Shown: positions 15,156-31,239, counted from the stretch's first letter. The stretch is DNA of 64,000 nt from Chrysomallon squamiferum (GCA_012295275.1 CM022671.1:5270001-5334000); one strand, 5' to 3'. Numbers and translations: made by a program. The notes: generated by a model not told the origin, from the letters alone.

Positions 15156-18100
15156 CATTATTTTATTTTTAGTGCAATATTTCTTTAATTAAATGAAAAT
15201 TTTGGATGCACTTTTACAAAGAATAACCAACAGCTGATGCAGTACACACATTACAAACATCAATATCATAAATAATTTTATTTTATATAATATCAAGTTC
15301 AATGAATTTGAATACCGAAAGAAACCACCAGATGGTATCTTAGTACACACACACACACATCATATATTTCGAAAGAACACTGCAAGATAAAATACCAAAC
15401 TAAGGGTTACTCTTACTGATTAGGAACAAGCATCCTTTGTATTATCTTTCCATTAACAGATATATTTTGCTAATGGCTATCTGTCTCTTGTGCCTTGTTT
15501 CTAAGTATGAAAAACTGACTGAAAAGCAACATTAATCAAATACTTTACTTATCTTTAATGACACTATGAATAAAACACACACACAATATTTTGATGTATG
15601 AGTCCTGGTTGGAATAGGAAATACACAAATAAAGGGTATTTGCCTGAATTACAAGAAGTGCATTTGGTACACTGAAGACCAATCTTGTGTCCCTCTATTT
15701 TTTTTTTAAGCAAATGTAAGTTAAGCATGGAGTATACTGACGAAGAAACAAGGATAGATCCTGCAATCCACAGTTCCTCACACAAATCACCTGTTACTGA
15801 ACTAAACATTTCCTAAATACTTGCACAGCTGAAAACACAAAGTGTGTGGTAGAATCACAGAAACCAAATTCTTCGGTTTTGCTCCATTAAAATCTGCCTG
15901 CCCAGCTGATAATTCTATATGATTATTTTTGCAGTGAAATTATTTTAATGTCTTCTCTTATCAACCTGGCTTGTGTCTTGTAACAGAAATTATTCTGCGT
16001 ACTCCAAGTTAAAATTAAGAAAACAGTTATATACAGATAAATAGAAATGGGGTGAAAGAAAAAAAAAAAGAAGAAGGAGAGAAAAATGTTACAACTAAAT
16101 GTTTTCAGAATTCTGGTAACAATAATAGCAATAGCAGTGATGATGATGATGATGATGGTAATACTAATACTAATAACAAATAATAATAATAATAAATCAA
16201 TTTTATTTTTCAGTTTTATCATAAACATCAAACAATAAAATAATACTTTAATCATGTCTTTCACGTTCACATCAAACTCATCACAACCTCATCACAACCT
16301 CCCACTTTAACCTTCAAGATTCAAGCAACACTCAGACAAAAGCTGCTTCATAAAGAGAAACCTCATCAACATGCACTTACAGTTAAACAATACAAAACCA
16401 TCCATACAGGCCTGAATTCACCTTTCACTTTGAGATATCAGCTTTCGCAGAACACTGAGACCAATTTAACACCAACCAGTGATAAGATAAGCTGGTAATT
16501 CGCTTGTTTTCATCAGGGCCATTTCACAGCCATTCTTCTCAAGCATGGTGATTATCTTTACACCCATTATGGCCATGTTTTTCCAAGATGGTGGAGATCC
16601 AGGCGTCTAATACAAAATGACAGAATTCTCTGCTAATTCTGCACCTAAGCTGTATCTATTGTACATGGGTTTTGTTTACAGACACAGTTTCCCTGAGATG
16701 CTGACTGATACAAAATGACAGGACATATTGCTAACTCTGCATATAAACAATATCTATTGTATTTAGTTTTGTATTCAGACAGGGTTTTCTAATATATAAA
16801 ACAATAAGACATGATTACTGAATGTATCATATTTAGTTTTGTAAAAATAGGGTTTCTGAGATGGTGGATAATGCAAAATGACATGTCATATTGTTAGTTG
16901 TGGTAACTGGAGATGACATTCTGAAAAATGAAATAGTAAATAATCAAACTATTAATGACAACGAACTTGATTATGCACGATACAGGATACTGTAAGATGG
17001 AGGAATCTAACACAAAATGACAGGCAAGACAACTAACTGTGCTAATTACAAGTGACATTATGAAAAACTGAATGGCAAATAGTTGATGCTAATAATCGTA
17101 AACAGAAAAGGGTTTTGCAAGATGGAGGTTTCTAATAGAAAATGACAGGCCATACAGCTCATACTGGTAATTAAAGATGACAAACTCGTTACTTGTTAAT
17201 CCATACTGCATGTACAGGGCTTGGTTTTGTACTATGATACGTTTTGTAAGATTTTTACACAGTTATTTAATACAACACAGTTTAGTCTACAAACTATGGT
17301 AATTAGAAATCACAATATTAAATTTGTAAATTATTTTACTGAGCTTAGTTTTGTACTATTATAAGGTTTTTTTAAGACAGATAATTATGTGTAGTAGAAT
17401 ATCATGACTGAGATGATTAAAAGATGACAAAATGAAAAACAGAATTGCAAACATCATTCTGTTAATTAATTTACATTGCATCTTTTTTTTTATCTTTTAC
17501 TTTGTTCTGCAGAATATTTCAATGTGAGATCCAGCAGCAAAAATAACATTGTGTAAACAACATTATTTAGAGATGGCACAATGAAGCATAGATTGTAAAC
17601 AATTAATATATATTGTATGACAGTGTATATGATAGTGTATATTGACTTCATTTTTCAACAGTCACTGTTTTGAACAAAATGTTGGAAGTGTTTATGAAAT
17701 GACAGGAGCTGAGTTAACTGTTATACAAACAGCATGACAAAATAAAAACTGGAACTGTAAACAGTACTAATTTCTAACATTTGAACAGACATACAAAATC
17801 CACACAGTCCTCTATTTCATAAATCAACATTAGCATCAACTACATAATCACTTACTCTGCTAATAGCCGTTACCCTTTGAAAAAATGCTAACACTATAAT
17901 TTTGTTAATAACCAGTTGTTACCCTCTGAAAAGCTAACACTATCCAGTTCTGTATCATGTTTCATATGACATACACTTTTTCTAATCTTCTCACATTTCT
18001 TGGTCTTACCACCCTCCAGTGCCAGAATGAAGCAGTAACATCTGAGTCATTAAATTCTCATTTACCTCCCAACTCCCTTAACAGTTTTCACCTGCTGTAA

Positions 18101-18880
18101 GGTCAAGTAAGTGTGGTAATTTGTTTCAAGCCACATAATTCTATTTTATCAGAACCTATTATATCACAATCACCATCACCACAGACAGTGCTACATATTC
18201 AGTGCTTGGAACACAGACCTGATATTTCAGTGCAAAACAATTTTTATACCAATGTGTTTGAAGGTATGTAATCTTAATGGTGCATAAATTCTGCATTATT
18301 CATAAGTTCATTGAAAAAAACCCAACATGACTGATAAAGGGTCTAATTTGATAGATCATTTAAAACCTTTTAACTTTCAATTTCTCTGAAGTTAAAAATG
18401 GAGACATGGATGTGCTCCAAGTATGTTATATATACTAAATCATACACTATACTGCTGCACTCTTACAAATACCATTACAACATACTGCCTAGATCTGACT
18501 GTACAATTCATACACCTACATAATTACACTGCAGAACAAAAAATGTTATACCACACCATGCCACAGCACATACCATATATTACAGTGTCTCAGAGAACTG
18601 TAAAAATACCATCTAACACACAGCACATATGAAACTATGGTATATATACCATACAGCGAGTGCATTTGTATCCAGTTACTTCCATCAGCCAGCCAGCCAG
18701 ACTGTAATTTGATACAATCGCACACGCAATCATGTTGTTTTCTACAGAGTTAGGCATATTTTGCATGTTTTAAAATCTCATACTGGTACACATCAAACTG
18801 CAGGGATTATCACGAACTGAAGAATATTTATTTTTGAATTATTCTGAAAAGTGTTGAGTCTGAGGTGTTTTGAAATGGTG

Positions 18881-18912
<32 letters not shown>

Positions 18913-20100
18913 TATTATTATTACTATCAACATCAGCCTTAGTAGTCCAGAGTTAATCATTGTATCATATTCACTCTTTCACTCACCCAATCTGTTTCTT
19001 TTCCCCTTTTTTATCTCTTACATTTTTTACTCCCTGTATATATATTACACATTAACAACACATTAAATATTTATAGACTCTAATATAAATTTTATATCCA
19101 CAATCAAAGGTTTAATGTTTCACTTCAAACTGTTTTCTCTTGTACTTTCTAACATACAATTCTTAATAATTATACTGAATAATTAATACAAATCTAAAAT
19201 TCATATTACCTATTTGTACATGACATCTTTTGATATCTGTTTTATTTCTCCATAGTCACAATTTCCAACACAGTATTCAGTATTTAGCACAAATCACAGG
19301 AAAAATTTAATTACATATTAAATATTAAGATATCTTGTAAAAGTTAAATATGCCTAACCTTTCTATATCATATATGTTTTATCACAGAGTTCCTTGACAT
19401 TTGAAAGCTGATATTTGCCAGACATGTTTAGGAGACTTATTCTGAACAGAGATGTGGATGAACAGATCTAATATTGTCTAGGAATTGCATCAATAATTTA
19501 CATGTTTATGTGACAGCTTTAAGAAGTAATGAAATAAGTAAAAATTCACTCAAGTCAGAGTGGCTCATGCTGGATTCACATTCACATAAATATTTTAGTT
19601 AACACTAAACTGACTAAAGTAAAGAAATAATAATAACAATAACAATAACAATAATAATAATAATAATAATTATAAACAACAAAAGACCAATAATAATATT
19701 TTTAAATGATTTCATATATACTGATTAAGTAAAAGTTAATAAAAATTTATTTTATAATTCATTCAAATAACCAGAGCTATTTCTAATGAAAATAACAAAG
19801 GCATAAAATGCATTGTATCTGCCTATCAGAATTAATGCTAGATATTATTTTAAAACTAATGGGTCTAATTGGAAACAAATGTGAGGTTTTAAATGAGATT
19901 CAGTCAGAATTAAAAAGATGAAAAACAAATGAATGCAGTAATTTTTAAAAAAACCCTCAGTAAATGAGAAAAATCAAACAAAATTTTCTATTAAATTTAA
20001 AATCGATTCATAAAATATTAAAATGAAAGCTTTTTGTGTTTTATCTCAACTTTTGAATAAATGCAGTATTGATTTTTACAATGGACCTATTATTCTTTGT

Positions 20101-20149
<49 letters not shown>

Positions 20150-20535
20150 ACACACACACTAAAGCACGTGCCACCCAATTTTGTCTATATTCATCATGTA
20201 CAAATTTTCAGAAAAAAAAAGAATAGTCACTTACATGCAACTGCATTTGAAAGTGTACACATACACCATCAAAGATTGCACACACACACACATGCAAACA
20301 CGAAAATGCATCCCTCTTACATGCATGCATATCCACCAATGCAGAAATACCAACAAAGAAACAAACCATCTTTTTTAACAAGTCAGTTACAAACTCTATT
20401 TAAATAAACACCTCATGAGAACTAATGTTTTGTTAAAAAAAAACTTTTAACTTTTCATCTCTATTTCTACACATAAAACAATCTCCTACAGCCATTGTCC
20501 CTATCCTAACTGTATTTCTCTTACAAAACTCTTAC

Positions 20536-20568
20536 CTTTGCTCCGAGCCACATGTATCCCAGAGGCAG
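20536..20568 (-). CDS. Candidate 33-nt exon (LPLGYMWLGAK, or first exon MWLGAK)
   Basis: Acceptor tttcAG at 20569-20570, open frame, phase-0 donor AAG|GTAAGA. Confidence 0.35.
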
Positions 20569-22717
20569 CTGAAACAGATGTGAGAAAGAGAGCACTTTCC
20601 CTTACACCAGTATATTATGAGTCATACTCGGCAAACACAAGAAAGCATTCATTTGATGGAATATTATGCATAAAAGGCTCTCTGTGTGAAAGAGCGATGA
20701 AAGAGAAAGAAATGGAAAATGGTGGTACGAGAGGTGGTGAAGCTGGCTGGCTGGCAGTGGTGAAATGGTGGTGAAAAGACAAGGGTGAACGTACTGGTCA
20801 AAATAAACAATTATGAATTTAATACTGGTAACAAAAGATAATTATAATACAAAAAAAAAAAAAAAAAATAATAATAACAATAAAAAAGAAGAAAATTAAA
20901 AAAAAAAAAAAAAAAAAAACAACAGATGAAATAAAATAACAGAACTGATAGTTATGAAATTAATGTTCATGAAACTGATTAAAAGTGTGACTGAAAATTG
21001 TAAAAAATGACAAAATAATAATGGTGATGAAACAGACAATGGTGAAGTTTAAAGGAAATGTGAACTGACAGTGTTAAAACTGACAGCTGTGAAGTAATGA
21101 CGAAACCAATAACACAGAAGCAATGGTAAATTTGACAGAGTGAAATAGTGGTGATAATGCAGAAATAAAATACTGACAAAACTGCTTAATACAAAGTGAT
21201 AAAAAACAATGATGAAAATGACTGAAGTATTGGTAAAACGGTTGAACAGAAAACGTTGAAATACTGAATAACTGAAAAAGATAAAAACGGAATCCTTTGT
21301 TTTGTGTAATGAACAACAAATGAACAACCCCCCCATGTGATATAACGAATTTATCTCAGATTGATTACAAACTGAAAATGTAACAAAGAGATTAAGTCTG
21401 TGAGAGAATTACATGCTTTTATTGATTGCCAACACGTGGATGTTTACTTGTTACAGGAAATGTCCTATGAGTAATAAAGTGACTCGATTAGATTTCAAAT
21501 GTTTTCTCATGCTGTGGTTTTTCTTTGTGTGTATTTGTTGTTGTTGGTGGTTTTTTTGTGCTTTTTTTTTTTTTTAATAAACTCATTTAAAGCAGCTATG
21601 TCTAATCTAAAATCATATGGGACAGATTGTAAATTATCTACAGAATTTATCAATTTACACAATCAAACTTCAAACATGCAGAAATTATAAAAAAAAATTA
21701 ATGTTTTTTTTTTTTTTTTATAAGTTTGTTATATTTAGGAAAACATACTCGACTCTGTATTGAGCATTCTTTTTATGAGTATCTTTACAGAGTCAGACAG
21801 CATGGGTTGGAACAGGAAACAGTCATAAGAATACATTTTTTTTTAAAATTACCAAAATTTTATTTCTGTTATAATAAAAGAAATCCAGATTTAATATTTT
21901 TAAAATTTATTCACTAATGCCGAATCATTATAAAAGCGAAAGTAATAAATAAATTTAAAAAAAAAAAAAAAAAATTGATATTTGCTAAAATTGTTCTAAA
22001 CAAATAACTTAACACAGAGATAAAAAAAGTGAAGATTAAGAGAAAGAACACTAAAGACTTTGACGGAAAACCAGATAGCATACATAAACATTTTTGTGTG
22101 AAAAACAAAATTCAGATATATTTGAACAAGAAGTTACAGGCTAAATCATTTATCAGCAGCAATATTTAAAAAAAAAAAAAAAAAAAGAATTCTACGAGTG
22201 CCATGAATAAGGAACATTTGACTTGAAGCAGTTTCGTTTATTAATCAGGAGACGAGAAAAACTTTCTGGTCACAAACTGATTTCATCAGCGCCACAGAGT
22301 CCGAGAAGGGAAAAAATCAATCAACATGATGATTAATGTTAAAACTAAGTCATTTGTCAATCAATACTTATTAACATGTTAACAGAATTAGTGATTTTTG
22401 CTCCCCTACGTTAGCTTCGTGCTCCCTTCTCCCTTGGAAGGAGGATGATGATCCAAGTATTTTCTAGTAAAGAAATATGCCGTTGCTAGGCAACATTCTA
22501 ACATTAAAAAGCAGCTTCTTGGCATGTTTGTAGATTAGAGATGTTGGGTCATGAAGTATGTGGTAAATAAGAATTATTGTTTTAAAAAAAAGAAGAAAAA
22601 AGAGAGAGAGACTGAGTGAGTTAGTGTTGTATCTGGAAACTGAAGAAGTTCTTGTAAAATATTTGATAAATATATTTATAAAATAATACAGAATCAATTC
22701 TGGAAAGGAATTGGAGA

Positions 22718-22779
<62 letters not shown>

Positions 22780-25700
22780 AAAAAAGAGAGAAAGTAAAAA
22801 AGGGAAAGGAAAGAAAAAGAACATTAAAATAAAATAAATAAAAAAAGGAACATAAGAGGCTGAGAAATAAAGAAAACAAAACAGACAGACAGACTAAAAA
22901 CTGTATATACAAGATGTGAGACATAATAAGGCAGAAACCAGATACACAGATTAACATGTATTTTCACATACATGTTTTAACACTACACAAACTGTTCTTT
23001 CAGCGTAAATCCCCAAAACGTGTTTACTTGATCCTCTCTGTGGCAACTGAACAAAAAATGAATTCAGACAGGCATGCCTTTTTAGTGATTATCCTGTAGG
23101 GTAAACAAGTATTATCCTAATCCTATTAAATGTAAACTCTCATTATCCTAAACCATCAGACAAAAATACATTACCCTATTCAGTCCATGTAATCCTGAAC
23201 AACAATGTAAGGTTACAGTTTCAACATTAATTTGTAAGAAATGCTCAGTATGTCTACAATTCTTAAGAAAAAATAAATATAATTAATTTTAGCATGAAAA
23301 TGGGAGATTTTTTTTTTTTTTAAAAACCACATAATTAAATCTAGTTAGCTAGTATAAATAAAATCATCTATATTCAACAAGAACATGTTTGCCCTATAAT
23401 GAAATATTATTGAATATTTTCAGTCACTGCTAAACAAGCATTCTTTATTCATTATACTATTACTGCTACTGATAATAACAACAATAATAATAACAAATAT
23501 ATTCAATAATTAATGACACTAATAACATAAGAACATCATCAACAATAACAACAACACTAATAATAATAAAGATTTAAAAAAAAAAAAAAGGGTGACTGAT
23601 TTTCATTTGATGCAGATAAAAAACACAAGATGTACACATTTTAAGGATGGACTAGAAGTAAGCTGAGATGAAAGACTAAACCAAGTGACACAGATCCCCC
23701 TGGGTGAAAATTTACTTACATACATTCCACGACTACCACAGGTATGTATGAAAATGTACTTCTGTGAATAAAGCACATTGTCTGCAGACCTTCCTTGGTG
23801 CTCATTATTGGAGGGAGGGAGTGTATCAAATGACAAAAATGTACTGTTAGGGTTTCGTTTAAAATCCAAGTCATGTGTGAATTTGCTTTGGTGTTCAAGG
23901 TTGGTGAGGTAATGTAAATGTAAAAGTAAAGTAAAATAAAATAATAATAAATAATAAATACATAAATACATAAATACATAAATACATAAATAATTAAAAT
24001 TTATTAAATAAAATTAGATAATAAATCTTGGCTATGTCTTAACAACATGTCTTCTTTATACAGTTTATCTTTGTTTAAAAATGGAGGGGAAAGAGAAAAA
24101 AAGAGAAAAAAACAGTATTGCTACATTCAGATGACTTATTTTTACAACTGACTTTATTGGTGCTCAAAATCTACGGGAAGAAAAGAACCCTTTTAAAAAA
24201 AAATAAACATTTTTTTTTTTTCTTAGGTAGAGTTATGACCGAGTTACAATAATGAGGATACTCAGGTTTTCACAGAAGGGAAATCAAACAAAATAATACA
24301 TAAATATGCTTTTAAAAACAAAACATCTGCAAGAGCTCTTCCTTGGTGCTCAAGATATGAGGGAAGAACACAGGAAACATAATAAAATTTATTAATGCTT
24401 AAAAAATCATTTGGATGCAATTAACTCAAAAAATATTAGCAAAGGAAATGTAGGAAGAACAAATATACCATTAAGAAATGTTTTTCAATATTACTGGAAG
24501 AAAAAATGCTGAAACAAGCATAAAACAATAAAAAGTAACCTACTTAGCTATACCACTAAACCCTAGTGTTTAAAATCTGAAGAAGAGAACAAATATGAAA
24601 CCTTTAAGTACCTACTGAGCTGCAACATCCTACCCTTAGTCTTCTAAATCTGAAGGATGGTATAGTACCAAAACAAAATGCACCGTTACACTTGAAAGAC
24701 CAGCCAACCATGCATGATCTGACTCCACAGAATAGAATTATCCGATTCAATGAATGGAGTTATCTGATTCAGTGATTTTAAACCAGTGTTTCCCCCAGGC
24801 TGCTACTCAGTACTTGTAACTCACTGTAATCCTTCATAATCAAAAACATCACTGCATGCCTCATTGTACCTAAATAGTAAACACATTTAAAATGCACTGT
24901 CTGTGTAGACTTTTCTAGAAGTAACACATCCAGGTGATGTCAGGTGAATGATGAATGAATGGTTTAACACCGTCTCATCATACATGACAGCCATTATTTC
25001 ATGACTTATTCTTTGTTGTTAGCATCAGCAGATCTTGTTTTATACTCATTGCAACATGTCATCAAATTCCACAAATCTTAAATAGGGCTATGTCTGGATT
25101 GGTATAAAAAGCTTCAGCTGGGAGAACACTGCTCTGTTATTGAAAGTTCTAACCAACTTCATTTATTTAGTTGAAAACATTCTACCCTTTGATAAATACC
25201 CTTTGGAGCTCTGGAAGGATTTGGAAAAAAATTCTACCCTCGGATAAACCAGTATTAGAGGTAGTGGTTGGAATGAGACAAGCCAAATAAGCTCAGCGAA
25301 GAAGATTGATCCTGTAACCTATCAACTGCCAGACTCCCACTAATCACTGAAATGTTATTTTTATTTAGGTGAAATGTGGATAGTGATTGTATCAACAGCT
25401 GGACAAAACTATTTGCTACAGTGGATTGATTTTTTAACATCTGCAGCAACACCAGTATGTCTGAGGGAACAGATGCAGGAAGAAACAGCCCTCTGCAGAC
25501 AAAATGTCCATCCAGACGTTTTCCTAATGAAACAACTGTCAAATCCATGTGTTAGAGAAAACTAATAGTTGTCAGTGTGTCTGCTGTCTGCTAATGATGG
25601 CTGCTGGGTATAACCTTACTTGGAACTAATGTTTCTAACAAGGTAGCCTATGTTAAAGTCAATATAAACAGAAGGATGGGAGGGAAAGAAATGGAGACAG

Positions 25701-26699
25701 GCGAAAGAAGATAGAATTATTGCAAATGTACAAGACCATCATGCCCTCTCCTGAACAGGAGTCCCACAACAAATGTGCCTATACCTCATATTTATTTTGT
25801 TTTATTTAAAAAACAACAACAAAAAAATCAAAAAAATATGTTATTGCATCATCATGAAACAAATTCCTTTTTAAGATAAACACCTTTTTTTTCCCAACAA
25901 TAATGATCTGACCAATTAACTGTTCTTACACTTCTGTGTAATCAGAAAAATATTAAACGTATCAAATTGCTGTTTATCAGATAACCTTGAAATGACATTG
26001 ATAAGAAAGTCACCCCAAGTACTGTTTTTTTTTTTTCAAAAGAATTATCCAGGAACACTTTATTTTGTGCATGTACTTTAAATTGGCGCCTGAGGCTAAG
26101 GTTGTTGAGTCTTGCAAACAGCTCCAGTGAGCTCGCCTTTGATAATATGATGTAAAACTGGCATTAAATGAGTCTACAAGAGCCTGATAATTAGTTTAGT
26201 GCTTTGAGGTGAATGGAGGAATTTACTGTTTTGGAAGTGATGTTATGATCTAAAACGGTGTCTATTTCCATTTCCTTTCCTAAAACCCCAAAGTTTCTTT
26301 TATTCTCAACCCTTCCCAATATCTTTGCTTTCCCATCTCACCCCAAATTCACTCCTCAATCCTGTTGTTTTAAAACTGTGTAGTTATATGTGATGTTGAA
26401 ATTACTTGTTTTGGATAAGTATCTGTTGGGAAACTTGGATTATTTGACAAAAATATAAACATCTGATGTAAGTATATATGAACCTAAATTGAGAAATTTT
26501 TTAGTCTAAAGCAAAAAGCCTGACAACTCGAAACTATGTAGCTTTATTTAGAACAGATAAGATGAAATGGGTTTTCAGAGATTAAGAAGATTAGATGTTT
26601 TAAGAGACATCTTCAAACAAGTCCAGAGATTTTAAAGAAATTAATACAATTATAGAAAATAGGATGAACCAAAGATACCAGCTTAAACATAAATACAAA

Positions 26700-26756
<57 letters not shown>

Positions 26757-29740
26757 TTAACTATCCATTATTTAATTCAACCTAACATTTTACATTTTAA
26801 ATAAAAGAATAAAAAAAATAAACAATGAAAAAGTAATCAAAAGAATTTCTATTTAAAAATAATCAATTATTTTTATTTTTAGATAATGTAAAATATTATA
26901 ATCATATATGCAGATCTATATATCTATTCCAACCACCTCATGGAAACAAAACATAACAAAAACTGACTAACATGCAATCAACATGCATTAAACATTCAAC
27001 ACTATCTACCCACTGCCCAGCAGGGAAAAAACAACATCCCCAATCACAACCTGGCACACAACATCAATTGTGTTGAACAAACAAAATCTTGTCAGTACCA
27101 ACATTTCTGGCGTGGTTATAATTGTATTTATTGATTATATGTTAAATCTTTGTCACATTTAGCTGTGACGAGTTGTATGCGTACACTGGCCATAAGGAAG
27201 GAAAGAAAAAAAAGAAAAAAAAAAAAAGGGGAAAAAATATGTTAACTGGATGGATTCAGAGAGTTTCACTGATTGGTCAATTATGACCTCCGCATGGTGG
27301 CATCAAGGTCATGTGGCCGTCATGTGATTGATAGGAAATTAATCGCCTTAGTAATGGGACAATTATAATGGAGAATGAGAGAGAAGAAAGCCGAAGGGAA
27401 AACTGTCAAAATGAACTCCATCAGGTCTAATTGGATTATAAATAAAAGTTGTTTTCAGCTGTATGAACCCAGAGTGAAATTGATGTACTTTTCACATATT
27501 TGATGGTGTGGGGGTTTTTTGTGTTATTTTTTAGATATTTAAAAAAAAATGTATTTCCCAAATTCATTTTGAAGATCTGGAAGTTGAAACAAAGCATAAA
27601 ATAAAATCCATTAATTTTAAGGCAGTTGGACTGATGCTGAAAATTTCTATTTTATCAAATCATCCTTTTCAATTTTTCCTTCTTTTTTTATAATTTTTAT
27701 TTGAAACAAACCATGAAATGGAATTCACACAGCTTGACAGATACTGATAATTTAACTTTTATGAAGTTGAATTAGATTTCATTTTGATTTTGAAAATGAT
27801 TTTTTGTTCTCTATCTTCTTCTTCTTCTTATTATTATTATTGAGTGGTTAATTTTACCTAAATTAACAAAACCCCTCTTTGTTATGCTGACATTAAGTGT
27901 AATATAATAACTGTCATATTGCTGCTACTATTATTATTATTACTGTTTCTACTACTACAATTCCCCCATACTACTATTACCACCACTGATACAATTACTA
28001 CTACTACCATCGTCATCAACACAACAGCTGCTATCACCACCACCATCAAAACAAGAACTAACACTACCACCACTACTACTACTACTACTCATACATTCTA
28101 CTGCTCTTATAACTAAGGTACCTGTACAAGAATTAACACCTGACACAGGATTTAAATTAGACTGACAAGAGGTTATGCAACATCTCCAATCTGTGACCTG
28201 CAAGAGCATCAGTCTACTCTGACAAATGACCTGCGTTATCAAGACAAGGTCTCTCATCACAGTTTACACAACTCTTAAGATATTAAAAATTTATCTCCCT
28301 TTGATGTAACAAACACTGTTATCTGGCACTCTCATCCACAAAGTCACCATGACAATGGATAATAAATGTCACCAATCTGACCTGGCTTTTAATGGCAGCC
28401 ATTTTGGTGTTTTCATCATGCATTTGTGTATAACAAAGACAATTTGTGACTCATCTGTGAATAAACCTGATTAACTCACTAAAGTAATTATTGTGAAAAT
28501 GTTAAACTAGTTTAATAAATTATTTTTCATATGAAAATGATTAATACCGAGAATCTTAATATGATGACACAACTTTCAATCGACATTGTTATGGAATCAA
28601 AAGTGCTGAGAAATTAAACCATTTCAAATAAAAGAGGAATATTAAACTATAGTGTTTTCATGGCTTTTCTATATAGGTCACAAATGTATTGACCTATTGC
28701 TCTGACGATGTATAATGTAAATAATATATAACATCAATTAATTTGCAACCAGCCATACTGCCATTCTGACCATGCATTAGTGTACAACATAAATAATTTA
28801 ATACTGATTTAGTTGCTGTTTTCACTGTGTTTAACTCTGCAATAACATCACTATGAATGTATTTTTCCAATAATCATTTTTATTCTTTATATAATTTTAA
28901 TTTTTTTTTTTTTTTAAATTTTTAAATCACAAAAAGTATATAAATAAAAAAACAAAAGTTTGTGTATATGTGTGCATGTGTGTGTATCTGTGTGTAAATG
29001 TTTTACTCCTACTGAGGTAGTTCACTTGCACGTATACAAAACGTATCTACACATTTTTTATTTTTTAAAGAACACATCAAAATTCACACATATCATTATC
29101 TTAACTTTAACACCAACTTTTTGACATAGCAAGAAAATTTGACAACATCAATTAGCAGAACCTGTCAGATACAAAACTTATTCCACTGTTCACCAACACA
29201 AACCTAATCAGACATGAACTTGCTGTATGAATGTACATTTCACATAGATACACAAAGAATCCCATTGATTTTGTATCACACATGGTGGCAAGGTCGAGAA
29301 AGATCAGGAAATGCCTTAATGCCACATACAACCAAGTGCATTCACCTAATCCAAAATCAATATCGCACTGTAAACATATAAATATCACATTGTGTAGCAC
29401 ATATATTTACATATAAATATCTATGCTTATCTTGCATATTTTTCAGTCGCGCTGCAGTTCAGAATATTTCAGAGCAAATATCTCACATCAAATGGGTTGT
29501 AAGCTCAGTCCTCCTTGATATAAATATTTACATTAGGCAGTTTTTCGGAGATGATGATAAATGCATTCATGAATAATGGGAAGGTGTACATAATATATTA
29601 CTTACTGCTAAGTTAAATAACTATACCTTGTAGAGGCAGGAGCTCTTTTATTTCATTTTATTATCATTATACAAAAACCATGTTTTACAATAATATTCAT
29701 ATACACACACACCCACCCCCGCATACATACCCATACCCAC

Positions 29741-29743
<3 letters not shown>

Positions 29744-29837
<94 letters not shown>
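29744..29837. repeat. (CA)n microsatellite
   Basis: Direct reading. Confidence 0.97.
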
Positions 29838-29839
<2 letters not shown>

Positions 29840-30294
29840 TATTTATAACAACCACTTTCACAAGTAATAAATCTGGCATCGTTTTAGAGCACATATACAA
29901 ATGCAATCAGGCACACAAAAATTCCATACAATAAAATTTACTGAACCATAATTTAGTGAAATAAAATTAAAAAACAAAAACATTCCTCAGTTATCAAGTC
30001 TTTCTCACCACAGGATCTCTCCTGGGCTTCCCCAATTACTGCCCCCTGATAGGGTTTAACTATTTTATTAAGGATTTATTAACCTTTGTTTAAATTCCCT
30101 AAAGTGACCCCATTAAAGAAAAAGTACAAAAGGAAAAAAATAATTAATTTTCATTTAGGTTTCATTTGATGCTAAAATTGACCCAACTGTTTGGAATCAA
30201 TATAATGTTCACGCAAATGTCAGGGTTTGTGTAACAAGCTCATAAACATCTGTTAAAAGTCACAAAACTGAATATAATAACAGTACATAAAGCA

Positions 30295-30385
30295 GCCTAT
30301 GGATCAGTGGTTAGTGTGTTAGTGGTTGATGGGTCGGTAACAGGATCTATCCGTGTCAGTGGATATGTTTGGCTATTTCATATTC
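30295..30385 (+). mobile_element. Degenerate tRNA-like SINE head
   Basis: A-box-like tggatcagtggttag, B-box-like caggatctatcc, then gtcagtgga...ggctatttc; no intact cloverleaf. Confidence 0.35.
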
Positions 30386-31239
30386 GAATATTGTTTTGTA
30401 TTTGTTATATAAATCACTGATTAATTTTTATTAATTAATAAATAATAATTATTAGCAGTAGTAGTAGTAGTAATAGCAGCAGCAGCAGCAGCAGTAGTGT
30501 GTAAAATTTTGTTATTACAAATATCAGGCTTTGAATAATTGTTTGTTTTTAACAAAATAACATCTGACTCGGAAAACTGCCTTTTGATGTGTACTTTTAT
30601 CAGCCATCACCTAATAACTTTTATTCATGTTTTCCCATACATCACAGCACAAACCTATGAACTTTGATAAACCAAACAATGACAAGTGGAAAGAGCTGAA
30701 TGAGAAAGACTGATTCTACAAGCTCTCCATGTCGTAACCGAGTGCTTAACATACATACTATAGTACAAAACTATTGTAGCTTTTTAGGTGTGTAAAAATT
30801 TGATACTAACATGACAAAGCAAATCCAGAAAAACCCGAGAAGTTGAAGACACAAATATCTTTTGTGTCCTTTTCTTTCCTTTTATTACTTAAGTAACAAA
30901 AAGGGGAAAATTAACCCCTCAAACAAAAACAACAAAAAAAAAAAAAAATACAACAAAAAAAACAACCTCATGAACATTTTAATCAATATAAAAACTGGAA
31001 AAAAGACAACAAAAGATAAATAAATCTGAATGATATCATTTGTGTTGTATTTTAAAATATTTAATGCATGACCCAATAAACTGAAGAAGAAATAACTGAT
31101 TGCCAAAAATATAATTAAATAATAATAATAATCAAAAAAGAAAGAAAAAAATTACACACACACACACACACACACACATGCTATTAAATTTTGTTCAAAG
31201 TGTTTATTAGGAAATTATGTTAGAAAATTAGTTTATTAA

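Noticed and set aside
18010-18045. Another minus-strand ATG exon with a G|GTAAGA donor
   Set aside because: Phase 2, weaker context, and within the number of such matches expected by chance.
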